Shown piece after piece: positions 27,305-43,545 of a DNA stretch of 64,000 bases. Source of the stretch: the human T2T-CHM13v2.0 reference genome, Homo sapiens; the NCBI RefSeq assembly GCF_009914755.1, contig NC_060938.1; one strand, given 5' to 3'. Position 1 is the first letter of the stretch; every line of letters begins with the position of its first letter. The position numbers and the translations under genes are program-made. Below the pieces are notes generated by a model. It worked only from the letters and a program-made list of their open reading frames with translations, was not told where the DNA came from and did no database searches.

Positions 27305-27845
27305 GGTTAGTTACATACAGGAAAATAGATCAAATACCTAAGTATATCTGGGATAACTGGAGCCAGATTTCTCACTTCAGAGAAAATAATTACAAAAATG
27401 GAAAGGAGAAAACGAGAATGAATGCTGTGGTGGTAGTTTTGAATTGGAGTTATTGGTATGAGTTCATGGATTTCAGTACGTGCAGACATAGAAATAAGTA
27501 TAGATGCAAATATGAATATATGTGTACATAGCTATAGACTTACATGTAGCTCTGTTTGCTGGCGAAGGCTGGGAGCAGCAGCACTCCAGTAGCAGTAAGT
27601 ACAGCGGACATCCAGATCTCGGTTTCTATATATCATTCTGCCCAGAAAGGAACCAGGGCTCCTTGGAGAACTGACCAATTCCAGGGTCTGGGGAGGGAAA
27701 GTACAAAATAGACCTGAACATTGTGTTGTGCCAAAAAGTAAGAGAGTGCTCAAAAATTACAGAGGGCTTTCAGAAGGGCTCATAAGCGAGAGTGAAGGAG
27801 TTCCACCAGCAAATCTGGACAGTATAAGCACCGAAGTAAATTTTA
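27305..27845 (+). mobile_element. Old L1M (L1MC-type) 3' region fragment
   Basis: ggagccagatttctcact...gaattggagttattggtatgagttcatgg...gaaccagggctccttggagaa. Confidence 0.6.
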
Positions 27846-28558
27846 AAGTTACCCACCAAAAAAATGCAGATTCAAACTAAGGAATGAATCTGTGCCACTG
27901 CTAGGAGTGGAACTAAAAAGCCAAGGGTTACCCCTTCATTGCTTCTAGGCATCAAAAATAATGTATCACTCCTAATATACGTAGTACAATGCTTTAATAA
28001 TTTTATCTGAATAGAAGGCCATGCTTTCAAAGAAGGCTCCTGCCCTGTAAAACTTTCATTTCAGGAGATAATAGAACAATAGCCATGTATAAAAGACAGC
28101 ATTTTCATTTCAAATGGATATTAAGCATTTCTAGTTTGTGACAGGAACATTATTATTTGAAGTCAGCCATACTGATCTATCTTGCTGTGGTTCATCTTTC
28201 CCTTTTTCAGCATGATGCAGCCACTCATCAGTGCCACTCTGGGAACCTATATGTAGATCCATAGCTATTGGAAGGAAAAAGAAACAATTTTTTAAAACCC
28301 TGGAGAATTAGACTTCTGATCTATACTATATATCTATAAAGGCCTAATTTTTATTCAAGGATACCTAAGTTGAATATCTTTTATTTATTTTTATTTTGTT
28401 CACAGTTAATCATGTATTTTATAATTAGGTGACAAAAATATTCAGTAACTTTATTATGGGAAAATACACGATTATAAACTTAACATTTTTTAAAAACTGG
28501 ATTAAAAAATTCACCTGCTCAATTTGCGTTAAGATTTAAAAAATGGCTAGGTGGGTTC

Positions 28559-28569
28559 CAAGATGGCCG
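28559..28569. promoter_or_regulatory. YY1 site of the L1 internal promoter
   Basis: caagatggccg at about +10 of the L1 5'UTR, the established YY1 element. Confidence 0.8.
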
Positions 28570-28844
28570 AATAGGAACAGTTCCAGTCTACAGCTCCCAG
28601 TGTGAGCGATGCAGAAGACGGATGATTTCTGCATTTCCAACTGAGGTACCAGGTTCATCTCACTGGGGCTTGTTGGACAGTGGGTGCAGCCCACGGAGTG
28701 TGAGCTGAGGCAGGGTGGGGCATCCCCTCACCTGGGAAGCGCAAGGGATCAGGGAATTCCCTTTCCTAGCCAAGGGAAGCCGTCACAGACGGTACCTGGA
28801 AAATCGGGACACTCCCACCCTAATACTGTGCTTTTCCAACAGTC

Positions 28845-28985
28845 TTAGCAAACAGCACACCAGGAGATTATATCCCACACCTGGCTCGGGGGTCCCACAC
28901 CCACGGAGCCTTGCTCATTGCTAGCACAGCAGTCTGAGATCGAACTGCAAGATGGCAGCAAGGCTCGGGGAGGGGCGTCTGCCAT
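28845..28985 (-). pseudogene. L1 antisense ORF0 homolog, frameshifted, 46 aa
   Basis: MADAPPRALLPSCSSISDCCASNEQGSVGVGP matches the recalled ORF0 N-terminus (MAGAPPPASLPPCSLISDCCASN...), then shifts frame. Confidence 0.75.
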
Positions 28986-29554
28986 TGCTGAGGCTTGAGT
29001 AGGTAAACAAAGCAGCCAGGAAGCTCGAACTGGGAGGAGCCCACTGCAGGAGGCCTGCCTGTCTCTGTAGACTCCACCTCTGGGGGCAGGGAATAGCTGA
29101 ACAAAAGGCAGCAGAAGCTTTTGCAGACTTAAGCATCCCTGTCTGACAGCTTTGAAGAGAGTAGTGGTTCTCCCAGCACGGAGTTTGAGATCTGAGAACG
29201 GACAGACTGCCTCCTCAGTTGGGTCCCTGACCCCTGAGTAGCCCAACTGGAAGACACCTCCCAGTAGGGGCTGACTGACACCTCATACAGCAGGGTGCCC
29301 CTCTGAGACGAAGCTTCCAGAGGAAGGATCAGGCAGCAACATTTGTTGTTCTGCAATATTTGCTGTTCTGCAGCCTCCACTGGTGATACCAAGGCAAACA
29401 GGGTCTGGAGTAGACCTCCAGCAAACTCCAACAGACCTGCAGCTGAGGGTCCTGACTGTTAGAAGGAAAAGTAACAAACAGAAAGGACATCCACACCAAA
29501 ACCCCATCTGTACGTCACCATCATCAAAGACCAAAGGTAGATAAAACCAAAAAG

Positions 29555-30580
29555 ATGGGGAGAAACCAGAGCAGAAAAGCTGAAAATTCTAAAAACCAGA
29601 GTGCCTCTTCTCCCCCAAAGGAATGCAGCTCCTCACCAGCAACAGAACAAAGCCGGACAGTGAATGACTTTCACTAGTTGACAGAAGTGGGCTTCAGACG
29701 ATCGGTAATAATAAACTTCTCTGAGCTAAAGGACGATGTTCAAACCCATTGCAAAGATGCTAAAAACCTTGAAAAAAGATTGGACAAATGGCTAACCAGA
29801 ATAAACAGCCTAGAGAAGACCTTAAATGACTTGATGGAGCTGAAAACCATGGCACGAGAACTGCGTGATGCATGCAGAAGCTTCAGTAGCTGATTCAATC
29901 AAGTTGAAGACAGGGTGTCAGTGATTGAAGATCAAATGAATGAAATGAAGCGAGAAGAAAAGTTTAGAGAAAAAAGAGTAAAAATAAACGAACAAAGCCT
30001 CCAAGAAATACAAGACTATGTGAAAAGACCAAATCCATTTCTGATTGGTGTACGTGAAAGTGAAGGGGAGAATGGAACCAAGTTGGGAAACACTCTTCAG
30101 GGTATTATCCAGGAGAACTTCCCCAACCTAGCAAGGCAGGCCAGCATTCAAATTCATGAAATACAGAGAATGCCACAAAGATACTCCTCTAGAAGAGCAA
30201 CTCCAAGACACATGATTGTCAGATTCACCAAAGTTGAAATGAAGGAAAAAATGTTAAGGGCAGCCAGAGAGAAAGGTCGGGTTACCCACAAAGGGAAGCC
30301 CATCAGACTAACAGCAGATCTCTCGGCAGAAACCCTACAAGCCAGAAGAGAGTGGGGGCCAGTATTCAACATTCTTAAAGAAAAGAGTTTTCATCCCAGA
30401 ATTTCATATCCAGCCAAACTAAGCTTCAGAAGTGAAGGAGAAATAAAATCCTTTACACACAAGCAAATGCTGAGAGATTTTGTGACCACGAGGCCTGCCT
30501 TACAAGAGCTCCTGAAGGAAGCACTAAACATGGAAAGGAACAACTGGTACCAGCCACTGCAAAAACATGCCAAATTGTAA
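29555..30580 (+). pseudogene. L1 ORF1p with two premature stops
   Basis: ATG GGG AGA AAC CAG... at 29555; in-frame TAG (29675-29677) and TGA (29891-29893); C-terminal piece RPNPFLIGV...ARREWG...YPAKLSF...QKHAKL. Confidence 0.93.
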
Positions 30581-30643
30581 AGACCATTGATGCTAGGAAG
30601 AAACTCCATCAACTAACAAGCAAAATAACCAGCTAACATCACA

Positions 30644-34467
<3,824 letters not shown>

Positions 34468-35032
34468 ACAATGAGAACACTTGGACACAGGGTGGGGAAC
34501 ATCGCACACCAGGGCCTGTGGTGGGTTGTGGGGAGGGGTGAGGGATAGCATTAGGAAGTATACCTAATGTAAATGATGAGTTAATGGGTGCAGCACACCA
34601 ACATGGCACATGTATACATATGTAACAAAGCTGCACATTGTGCACATGTACCCTAGAACTTAAAGTATTTTTTTTTTAAAAATGTAAAAAGTGAAGCCTG
34701 GTGAGGCCTGTGAGTGTATTTGCGCTAATCTGTAGGAAAACTGGCAATGAAGGTGAAGAAGGCAATGGAGCATGGAGTTGGTTCCACTTGTGCATAGCAT
34801 GGGGATGGAGGGCTGGTTGTGGGTGCTGGCAGGGGCTTAAATTGCCCAAACCTGGTAACAGGGACTAGGAAGTTGGATCTTCCCAACAGAGCTTTGCATG
34901 GAAGCCTTTTCCTTCCTACTACTTCACTTTCTTTTCTGAGGGTGTTACGTTTGTTTCACATCTAAGAAAACTAAAACAAGGCTTAGGAAGTATATCAGGA
35001 AAAAACTGTCATCTCTACCTCAAAGTTTAGTA

Positions 35033-35112
35033 TTAGCTTGGTGCAAAGGTAATTGTGTTTTTCATAATTACTTTTAATGGCAAAAACCACAGTTTCTTTT
35101 GCACCAACCTAA
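35033..35112. mobile_element. MADE1 (Hsmar1-derived mariner MITE), 80 bp
   Basis: ttagcttggtgcaaagg...ttttgcaccaacctaa inverted termini; TA TSDs at 35031-35032 and 35113-35114. Confidence 0.93.
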
Positions 35113-36399
35113 TAGTTAATATTCCTTTACTAGAACCACCTAAAAAAAAAAGTTAATACTGTGGTGAATAAAATGTTACCTGCTAGAGAAGTAAATAATA
35201 CAAAGGCCTAAAGAAAAAAGATTATTATAACTACAATGTCAAGATATATCCCCCCAAAATTTGGGGACTTCCAGAGAAATCTTTTAAAATGCACATTGTA
35301 CTTAAAGGGAACATGGAGAAACTCAGTCTCAGAACTCTGGCTCACTCCCGTGAACTCCAGTTGACATCTTGAGCTTTCATCCTCTCTTCTACACTAACGG
35401 GTGGCATCTTTCTTTGTTGCTCAGGTCACCTTTTAGAGCCAGGCCTAGAGCTGCTGGCCTAACTGTCCTAGTCTCAGACTGCCAGTGCTGCTGTCGTCAC
35501 CTGTATGCAGGGGCTGGCCCTGCCAGAGTCATGCAGTCCAAGCCTGGCCATCCAGGGCTATAGTGGTACAAGCAATACTTGTTTGTAGAACATGGTGTTT
35601 ATGGCAAATCCGTATCTTTCAATTTTATAGAAGGATGGAAGATGGATATTTTCATTTCCTTATATTATTTCCAATACATAAGCATCTATCCTGCAGAGGA
35701 GCTGTCTGCCCAGTTTTCTTGTTGCTCATCCCTGTTAGTAAACCATGGGGAAGACAGGGAAGAGAAGGGCATTTCTGCGTACATTTAGGTACAAAGGCGT
35801 AACCTAGCTGGTGAGGTTAGATTTCCACTGAGTGGTTTTTGATTCAATTTCATTATCTATGTAAATACAAGGAATCAAATTCATAAAATAATGTAACTGT
35901 TGGTCCTTGACATTTTCTTTTGTTTCTCTTTTGGTCCTAGTGGGATTTCACCTCCCTCCCCACTATTACTTTAAAAAAATTATCACTTTAAAAATATGTC
36001 ACTTAAAAAATTGTTGTTTTGATTTTTTAAAGTTTAACTCTTGTGAAACTAATAGAATTTTTAATTGTTTTTTAATTTCTAAATTGACCACTTTTAATTA
36101 CTCTAGTATGTTTCAAAGTAAACATACTTGGAGTTGATTTAAAGCACATGTCGAGAGGTGTGTATATACTGGTACCCACATAGCATTATTCTAGCTACGG
36201 CTCTTTGTGCAGAGATAAGCTGTCATGTCATGAATACCTGGAGGAGGCCTTTATTCTCAGGTTTTAATGACACTTTATGTAATAACTTTTACAGCAGCTC
36301 TAAAGCTGTGATCTTAGGATGCTTCTGAGGAATGAATGAGATTTCAGCATATCCAGACTTCTGGCTGGCTTTGAGTATTGTGTGTGTGATGCATGCATA

Positions 36400-37190
36400 T
36401 GCATGCCTTTAGTCTCAGTCCTGTTTTTGATAAATTCAGTAGCTAAAGCGTTTACAGTTCTGATTCTACTCTCTCTTGTTTTTGCTGCCTTTTACTCATG
36501 GTGCATTGGTTTTTGTATTTTTATTTTTTTATTATGAGTTCATATTTCTTGGAAGCCTATCTGGGGTAATTCTCTGAGACAGGAGTTAAGGGCAGGTTCC
36601 TCCAGAGAGGAGCTGCCTTTGCTTTTCCCAGGTGACTGGAGCCACCACCCTCCCCTTCCCTGGGGAGCACTGGAAAGTCAACTTTCAACTTGGGGTTTTT
36701 TGGAACTCAAGTTATTTCTGGCCACAAACTTTTAGAAGTGCTGGCTTGTGATTATGAATTCCTGGAGGTGCATGGATCTCTCCCTGTTCTATTTGTACCA
36801 AGATTTGAGATAGGCAACTTTCTTTGTACTCCGGAGGTGTCAGTTTAATTGTTTTCTTCCAAATACTGAGGCTGTGGTCCTTTGGGATGCCCTATTAGAT
36901 GCTCCATCTTGGGCAGCCCCTGGGCTTTTCCCCCTGCTCCTAGCACTCTCACAAGACTGTGAAAATCAAAGGAAAATTCTGTCCCCCTTTAGCAAATGTC
37001 CCCTCCTTGCTTCTTGAGATTCCTGCCCTCACTTAAGCTTTGACTTCTAATATTCCTTACTCACCAGTCAGGTCCTATTTATTATTGACCTGTTTTTAAC
37101 GTTATATACATTTTTAGTTTTCAGTATGAGAATTTATGTAGAATTGGTCAGAGTGCCTACTTAGACAAACGCCCAGAGATGGAAATCCTC
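36400..37190 (-). mobile_element. Old L1M 5' region fragment
   Basis: T-rich reverse L1M-like text (ggttcctccagagaggagctgcctttgctttt...); boundaries approximate. Confidence 0.45.
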
Positions 37191-37259
37191 AATTAATTCC
37201 TAAGAAATCAATTAATTATTTATTTAGCCTGTCTGCTTTCCACTACAGGGGCTAGGAAG

Positions 37260-37900
37260 ATTCACAGAATCCATGGCAGAAACGCATCCAGACCTTGCTT
37301 AATATTCAGTATTCACTTGTTCAGCATCCCATTCTACTCAGACAACTCTAAGTTTTAGATCTTTCTTTCTTAGGTGGAACTAAATTATCTCTTCCATTAA
37401 TTTCTCCCCATTGTTTAATATTCTGTTCTTTGAAGCAACACAGATGAATCTCCCTTTCCCATGTGGCTTCATGTATTTTGGGCCTCTTCCTTCCTCCACC
37501 ACTAAGCTTCCTCTTCCCTCGGTGTCTCTAGCTGCTTCTTGGGCAATATGGTTTGAGGTAAATCTCCATCCCCAAGCATCATAATTGCTGGTTATTTCCC
37601 TCTATTTGATATCTAGTGTGTCCATTCCTCAAACACTGCATGTTCATAGTTAGACATACTATTCCAGATATGACCTAACCATGTCAGAGCATGTGGACTG
37701 ACCAGATACTTCTTTTCATGTTGTCTGTGTCTTTCTGTGTAGCTCTGTGGCACCGTTCATTATGGTTGATAGAACTAATAGTCAATCAGTTCTTATTTCC
37801 CCACTCCCTACTCCTCCTACCCCCAACCCTGAGCTTTTTCATGCATACTGTTTTAACTCAGATCTTATTCATCCTCGAATTATGGACAATATGTCTTTAA
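37260..37900 (-). mobile_element. L3/CR1 LINE fragment
   Basis: cagcatcccattct...acaactctaag...ccattgtttaatattctgttctttgaagcaacacag resembles the L3 reverse strand. Confidence 0.55.
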
Positions 37901-38601
37901 AAAAAGATAAATGATGTTGCTGTTATATGATTCCTTTTTAATGGGCATATTAAGGCCCTGATTTAATTCTATTTATCTTTGCTTAAGAATAATTTTCTTG
38001 AATAGAAAATTATCTAGAATCTGAAAATCTCCTAAGTTGTTTAAAAGCCTAAAAGCCTACCACTTTGACTTAACCTATTGTCAGTCAGTTCTGTCTTCAG
38101 AAGTTGGTAGGTATTCAGTTATAATTAATAATAACCAACTCTGCTGAGTTAATATGCCTCTTGCAGTTCTATTGACTTTTAAAATGTTATATTTTACAGA
38201 GGAATTTCATTTACTGTCTTTAGGGGAAGAGATTAAAGTTCTTAAAATCTCATTTTACCCAACATTTGATGTCAATTGCTATTTTATATTAACTGCATTA
38301 ATTAGAATTCCTGCTGATTTCAGTCTTCTAGTAATACATCCAAAGAATCTATTAGGTATATTTTAGGTTCTTGTCATAAATATTTTTAGGAGGCAGTTCT
38401 AGCAGTGGTAATAGCAGTTGAAGATGCTTAGGGTTCTTAATCCATCTCTCTAATGATTTTGCCGCTGTCGTAATAAAACCCTCATCCCTCCATGCTCTTA
38501 AGTAACTTTTGTTGGGTTTCCTGACTTTTGACGGAAGGGTTCACTAGGTTGTGTAGACTTACTGTGATTTTATTTGTAATAAGGTTTGTTCTAAATTTCA
38601 G

Positions 38602-38690
38602 GCACTGAATTTGGAGTAAAATTAATTCATTACTAAGATAGTTCGTGAAACTAATTGTACAGAGACACGAAGCTTGTATCTAAAAGCCAG
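38602..38690 (+). other. Candidate non-coding (5'UTR) internal exon, 89 nt
   Basis: Acceptor gtttgttctaaatttcag|; consensus donor CAG|gtgagt; unique sequence with retained CpGs; stops in all three frames and no ATG. Confidence 0.6.
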
Positions 38691-39459
38691 GTGAGTGGCA
38701 GATTCCGGGCCCACGAACATATTTGACAGAGATGTTTAACCAGGAGGATTTGTGGGTTAAAGTTATCTTAAGGTTCACATGAAGGGATTTGTTCAGTGAA
38801 CTAGAAAAACAATGCTTTTCTAGAGATAAAAGAGGTTAGAAGAGTAACAGGTAGGAAGGTAGCTGAAAACTTCCTTAATGTGATTAAACCAACTCAAGCT
38901 GTAAATTAAACATACTTTATTGTTAATGTTGAAAAATGTTTATTTCATTGGGTTTGATTAGAAGCATGAATTAATTCTAAATGTTATCACATTTTTCAGA
39001 GAGGCCTTTTTATGCTAATTATGTGTTAGTGAACTGGAGATCTTAAAGTATAAATTCGTCTTTGTAAAAGGGCTACAATAATGAAAAACATTAATTATTA
39101 AACCACAAATGATATTTATTGCCTGTCTTGCTCTCTGCATTTTCAAAAGTGCAAAACAGTTGCCTTTGTGAGTTTTAAATAGTCTAGAAAGTCTAGAAAG
39201 ATGAATATGTGTTCATTCTTTGGAATTGAAAATAGGGAAATAGTCCTCAAGAAGAGGCTATCTTAGAATATCTGCTTTTAAAAATTCCTGGACTTTCCAA
39301 GAGAATGTCTCCTAACTTTGACTTACTATCAGTTATTTGAGTTTGATAGTCCTACCAACATATGAGAACTGATTTTTTAGAGTAAGTAGGTATGTTGTAT
39401 AATGCATTATTTGTTTAAGCATGCTCTTCTAGACCTTTATTTTTAAACCTGCCCTTATT

Positions 39460-40335
39460 AATACTAATTACAACATATTTGTAAGGTATTTTCCTGTTTC
39501 TATTCTCGTTTGATTTCCACAAGAGCTCTGAGTGGCAAACAGAGTAAGCCTCCTGTTTATCCTGTTTGTGGATATGCATACAGACTAGACTGGAGCCCAG
39601 GTCTTCTGAGTTCAGTGCCCTATGGTCCTTCCCCAAGCCCCGTGCACTTGTGAAGGGACACGACCCCTCAAAGCACTGGTGATTTGGGAAGTCCTATAGA
39701 GAAGCAGTGAGAGCACAGAGCTCAGGGGGAGTCGTGGCTGTTGTGTGACTTTCAGCAAATTCCCCGAGTCTACATTTTTTCATCCATAATCAACTCTTAG
39801 TTACATTTATTGATAGAAATGACAAGGAGGATGGATAATGTGAAGTAGACAATAAAAGAAATAATCTATCAGTAGCAGAAAAGAGTAGGATTTGGAGATG
39901 AAGACCCAGGTTCAAACTCAGCCTCCCCTTCTGGTGAGCCAACAATGGCAACAAGTCACTGACCCCTCTGGGAACTTCCAGTCCCTTATTCATTAAGATA
40001 TTTGGGCCAGATCATGAAGGCCTGATAAGCTGTGTTGAGTTTGAAATGTTGTTTCAAGGGCAGTGAGACAACACAGAAGTAGTTTCAGCAGGGATGTGTG
40101 ACACGATCAGATTTGTGTTTTAGCACCGCCACTCGGGTGCAGTGTGGAGGGGAAGACTGGAGGGCAGGAGACCTGTTAGGATAGGAGGCTGTTAGGGTAT
40201 CCTGGGGCGAGACGATTGGGGGCCTGACGGTGGAGCAGGAGAGAAGGGGATGGACTCCAGAGATGCGTAGGAGGTAGAAATGACCAACTGGGTAAATGAT
40301 TGGATGTGGGGCTTAAGGAAAGGGAGGCAACAAGG
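39460..40335. mobile_element. Cluster of MIR fragments and a reverse L2 fragment
   Basis: gactggagcccaggtcttctgagttc (MIR -); agacccaggttcaaactcagc...caagtcactgacc (MIR +); gatcagatttgtgttttag...gattggatgtgggg (L2 -). Confidence 0.65.
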
Positions 40336-41159
40336 ATGATGCCAAAAGTGAAAGTGTGAACTGGATTACAGACAAGGTTGTGTTAGTGATGTTAGCAAGA
40401 ATAGTTTCGGTGCAGTTACGGGGGTGAATTGCCATATTTTAGATGGTTGGTCAGCGAGGGGGTAACGAAATGGAGACAGTACAGGAAGACTACTCTTTCA
40501 AGGAGTTTGGCTGTGTTAGTCTGTAGTGGTAAGTGGAAGGAGATGAGGAGCAAGAGGAGATCTTTAAGACAGGCCATGTTTGAATGCCAACCTAAGAAGC
40601 CAGGGAAGAGGAAACGGAGTAGCTCTAGAAGAGGGGACTAGGGGGTAAAGAGATGCTGATGCTCAGGCTCAGGTGGAATGCTAGCTTTGGATGGATGTGG
40701 GTCCCCAAGGCAGAGTAGCTGTGGGGAGGAGCTTAAGGCTGAAGCCTGGATACTTGGATTTGGATCCTGCCCCCATCTGATTAGACCTAGTTGCCTTCTC
40801 TTAAAGTGGGTCACTAAGAACAATATGACATTATGACCATGTTTGTTTTTCCCTGTATTCCACTGCATTATCTTTATACATATTTCCTTAAAATAACGAG
40901 AAAGCAAGAACCCATGGGGATTTTTCAAAGTGAAAATCCCTGTGCTGAGTAGTGAGATCTTGACAGTCTCCCCTTGCTTGGCTCCTGGAACACTGGAAAC
41001 TGGACCAGTATCATCCCCAGGAGGTTTGAGTATTCCTTCTCTGAGGAAATCAACCACATGGAGAGAAAAAGACCTTACAGATAGCAAAGGGTAAGGATCC
41101 TGTTCCCTCCAGTAAAATGAATGGGACTCCCAATAACCCAGTGTTAGGCCTGCAAGAAA

Positions 41160-42375
41160 GAACTCCTGAAAACTAAAATTTAGTAACAAAAGATTAAAGC
41201 AACTCTTAAGATTAAAAAAAATCCCTCAAAAAGTAGAACAATTGGGGGGGAAAAAGAATATTTGGGAAATTTGGGAATCAATTCAGGAAGTCTGACACCC
41301 AACTAATGTGAGTTACAAAGGTAGTAGTGGGCAGAAAGTTATAGAGAAGTAATTCATGAAATTGATGTACCTCCAGATAGAAAGGGTGCAGCAAGTACAG
41401 GAGTGTTTTGCCTTTTATTCTACCTGTATTGCCGAGGGCCTACCAGAGGACAGGCTGTGTCCAGTGCACTAGAGGCACAGGAGTTGGGGGGAAGCAGACA
41501 AAAACCCGTGCCATTGTGGAGTATATATTCTGTTGGAATTACATTAACAATTTTTTTAAATGACTCACACCAGGGCACTTTATTGTGAAATTTCAGAACA
41601 CCAGGGATAAAGGGGAGATAGTAAAAATATCCAGAGAGGGGAAAATGAGGTTTGATTTAAACGATCGGGAATCAAATAGCATTGGAATTCCTAATGATAA
41701 AGCTGCACGCTACTTTTGAGGGGAAATGAGTAAATGAGTTCCAGCCTGGTTCTGTGCTTAGCCCAACAGTCAAGTACAACGGTAGAACTAAGACATTTTA
41801 GATCCATAAGGACTAAAATAAACTATTTAGCTGCTATAAGGATACACTCCACTAAAATGAGGGAGCAAAATAAAGAGGAAGACAAGTGATGAAGGAAACG
41901 AGATCCAGCACAAGAAGGCGGCAAAGGGAATTCCCAGGATGGTGAGAGGCACAGAGCTCTGTAATGGCCTAGCAATCAGCTTCCAGGTAGGCAGAGGCCT
42001 GTGGAAGGAATGGCTGTGTGCGAGGGGTCCAGGGAACAGGAGGACCAACTGAGTGGCCACCTCATGGGTTCTGTACAGAGGATTTTATAGTTGTGTCAGA
42101 AGGTTTGGGGATGAATTAGTAATAGGAAAGTAGAAAACCAAGAGACTATGAACAAAGTTATAATTCCAAGAGAAACAGAGTTATTGAGAAAGGAAATACA
42201 CTCATAGTGCACTACACACTCTGCTGTGAGCATTATATACCATAGTCGTAGCCATGAAAACAGTGACTATCAATTGAAAACAAAATTATTTTATATTAGC
42301 AGCTTGGGGGAGGAGAGTCTGTGTGAGGAAGCTAAAGTCTCATCATGTAAAATAGGAGGTCAAAAGTAACATGTA
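41160..42375 (+). mobile_element. HAL1/old L1 ORF1-like element with an L2 fragment inside (~41410-41540)
   Basis: gtgaaatttcagaacaccagggataaag...gggaatcaaatagcattgga...aaagggaattcccaggatggtga are typical of HAL1. Confidence 0.55.
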
Positions 42376-42380
42376 ATCAA

Positions 42381-42940
42381 AAAGAACTAAAAGTAGAACT
42401 GCCATTTGATCCAGCAACCCCATTACTGGGCATCTACCCAAAGGAAAAGAAGTCATTCTATGAAAAAGACACTTGCACATGCATGTTTAGAGCGGCACAA
42501 CTTGCAATTGCAAAAATGTGGAACCAGCCTAAATGTCCATCAGTCAGTGAGTGGATAAAGAAAATGTGGTATATATACACACCATGGAATACTACTCAGC
42601 CATAAAAAGGAACAAAATGAAGACATTTGCAGCAACTTGGATGGAGCTGGAGACCATTATTCTAAGTGAAGTAACTCAGGAATGGAAAACCAATTATCGT
42701 ATGTTCTCAGTTGTAAGTGGGAGCTAAGCTATGAGGACCCAAATGCATATGAAGGATGTAATGGACTTTGGGGATTCAGGGGGGAAGAGAGAAAGGGAGT
42801 GAAGGATAAAAGACTACACATTGGGTACAGTATACACTGCCCAGGTGATGGGTGCACCACAATCCCAGAAATTACCACTAAAGAGCTTTCCATGTAACCA
42901 AACACCACCTGTTCCCCAAAAACTATTGAAGCTGAATAAA
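42381..42940 (+). mobile_element. L1PB-type 3' end (L1PB1-like)
   Basis: ccatttgatccagcaaccccattactggg...aaaagactacacattgggtacag...caccacctgttccccaaaaactattgaa. Confidence 0.88.
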
Positions 42941-43364
42941 TGTATTTCTAATTTCCTTTTTATGACTCCTTTCATCCGTGGCTTATTTTAAAGTATCGAA
43001 TTTGATTTCCAGATATTTGCGAGTTTTCTAGATGTCTGTCTGGTTGATTTCTAATCCATTGATTAGAAACAGAGAACAACAACAGAAAAAAGAAAATGAA
43101 GGGAGTAACTTGGTAGGTCATGTAACGCAGAACCAACCTGCCAGGGGAATGTGTGATTCCCCCTTGATATAAGATGCAGAATGGCAGCCATCACTTGGGA
43201 GTGTGTCTTTTGAGAGCCTCCAGCTGTTGACATCTCTAAGCAGATTCCAGCTGTGAGGGGGTTGGGATGACGTTATTGCAGTGAGGCCCCTGATGGAGCT
43301 AACAGGCACTGATCTCTGCAGGCTTTCTCCTTGTTTGAGAGGGTTTAGAGCATGAGAAGCGCCT

Positions 43365-43545
43365 GGCCCCAGTTCCTGGCACTTTGTGATCTTGGGCAAG
43401 TGAAGTCACAACTCAGTTTCTCTATCTGTGAAATGGGGATAATACTACCTCCTTCTAAGGTTGTTGTGAAGAGTAAATCAGTTAAGGTAATTGAAATCTT
43501 TCAAATAGTGCATGGCACATAGTAAGCATACTGGGGTTTGTTATT
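43365..43545 (+). mobile_element. MIR SINE
   Basis: tgtgatcttgggcaagt...ctcagtttctctatctgtgaaatggggataatactacct...tggcacatagtaagca. Confidence 0.85.

Noticed and set aside
40638-41189. 183-aa ORF on the - strand
   Set aside because: Non-ATG start, lies antisense to degenerate repeat-like sequence, and resembles no protein family I recognise.
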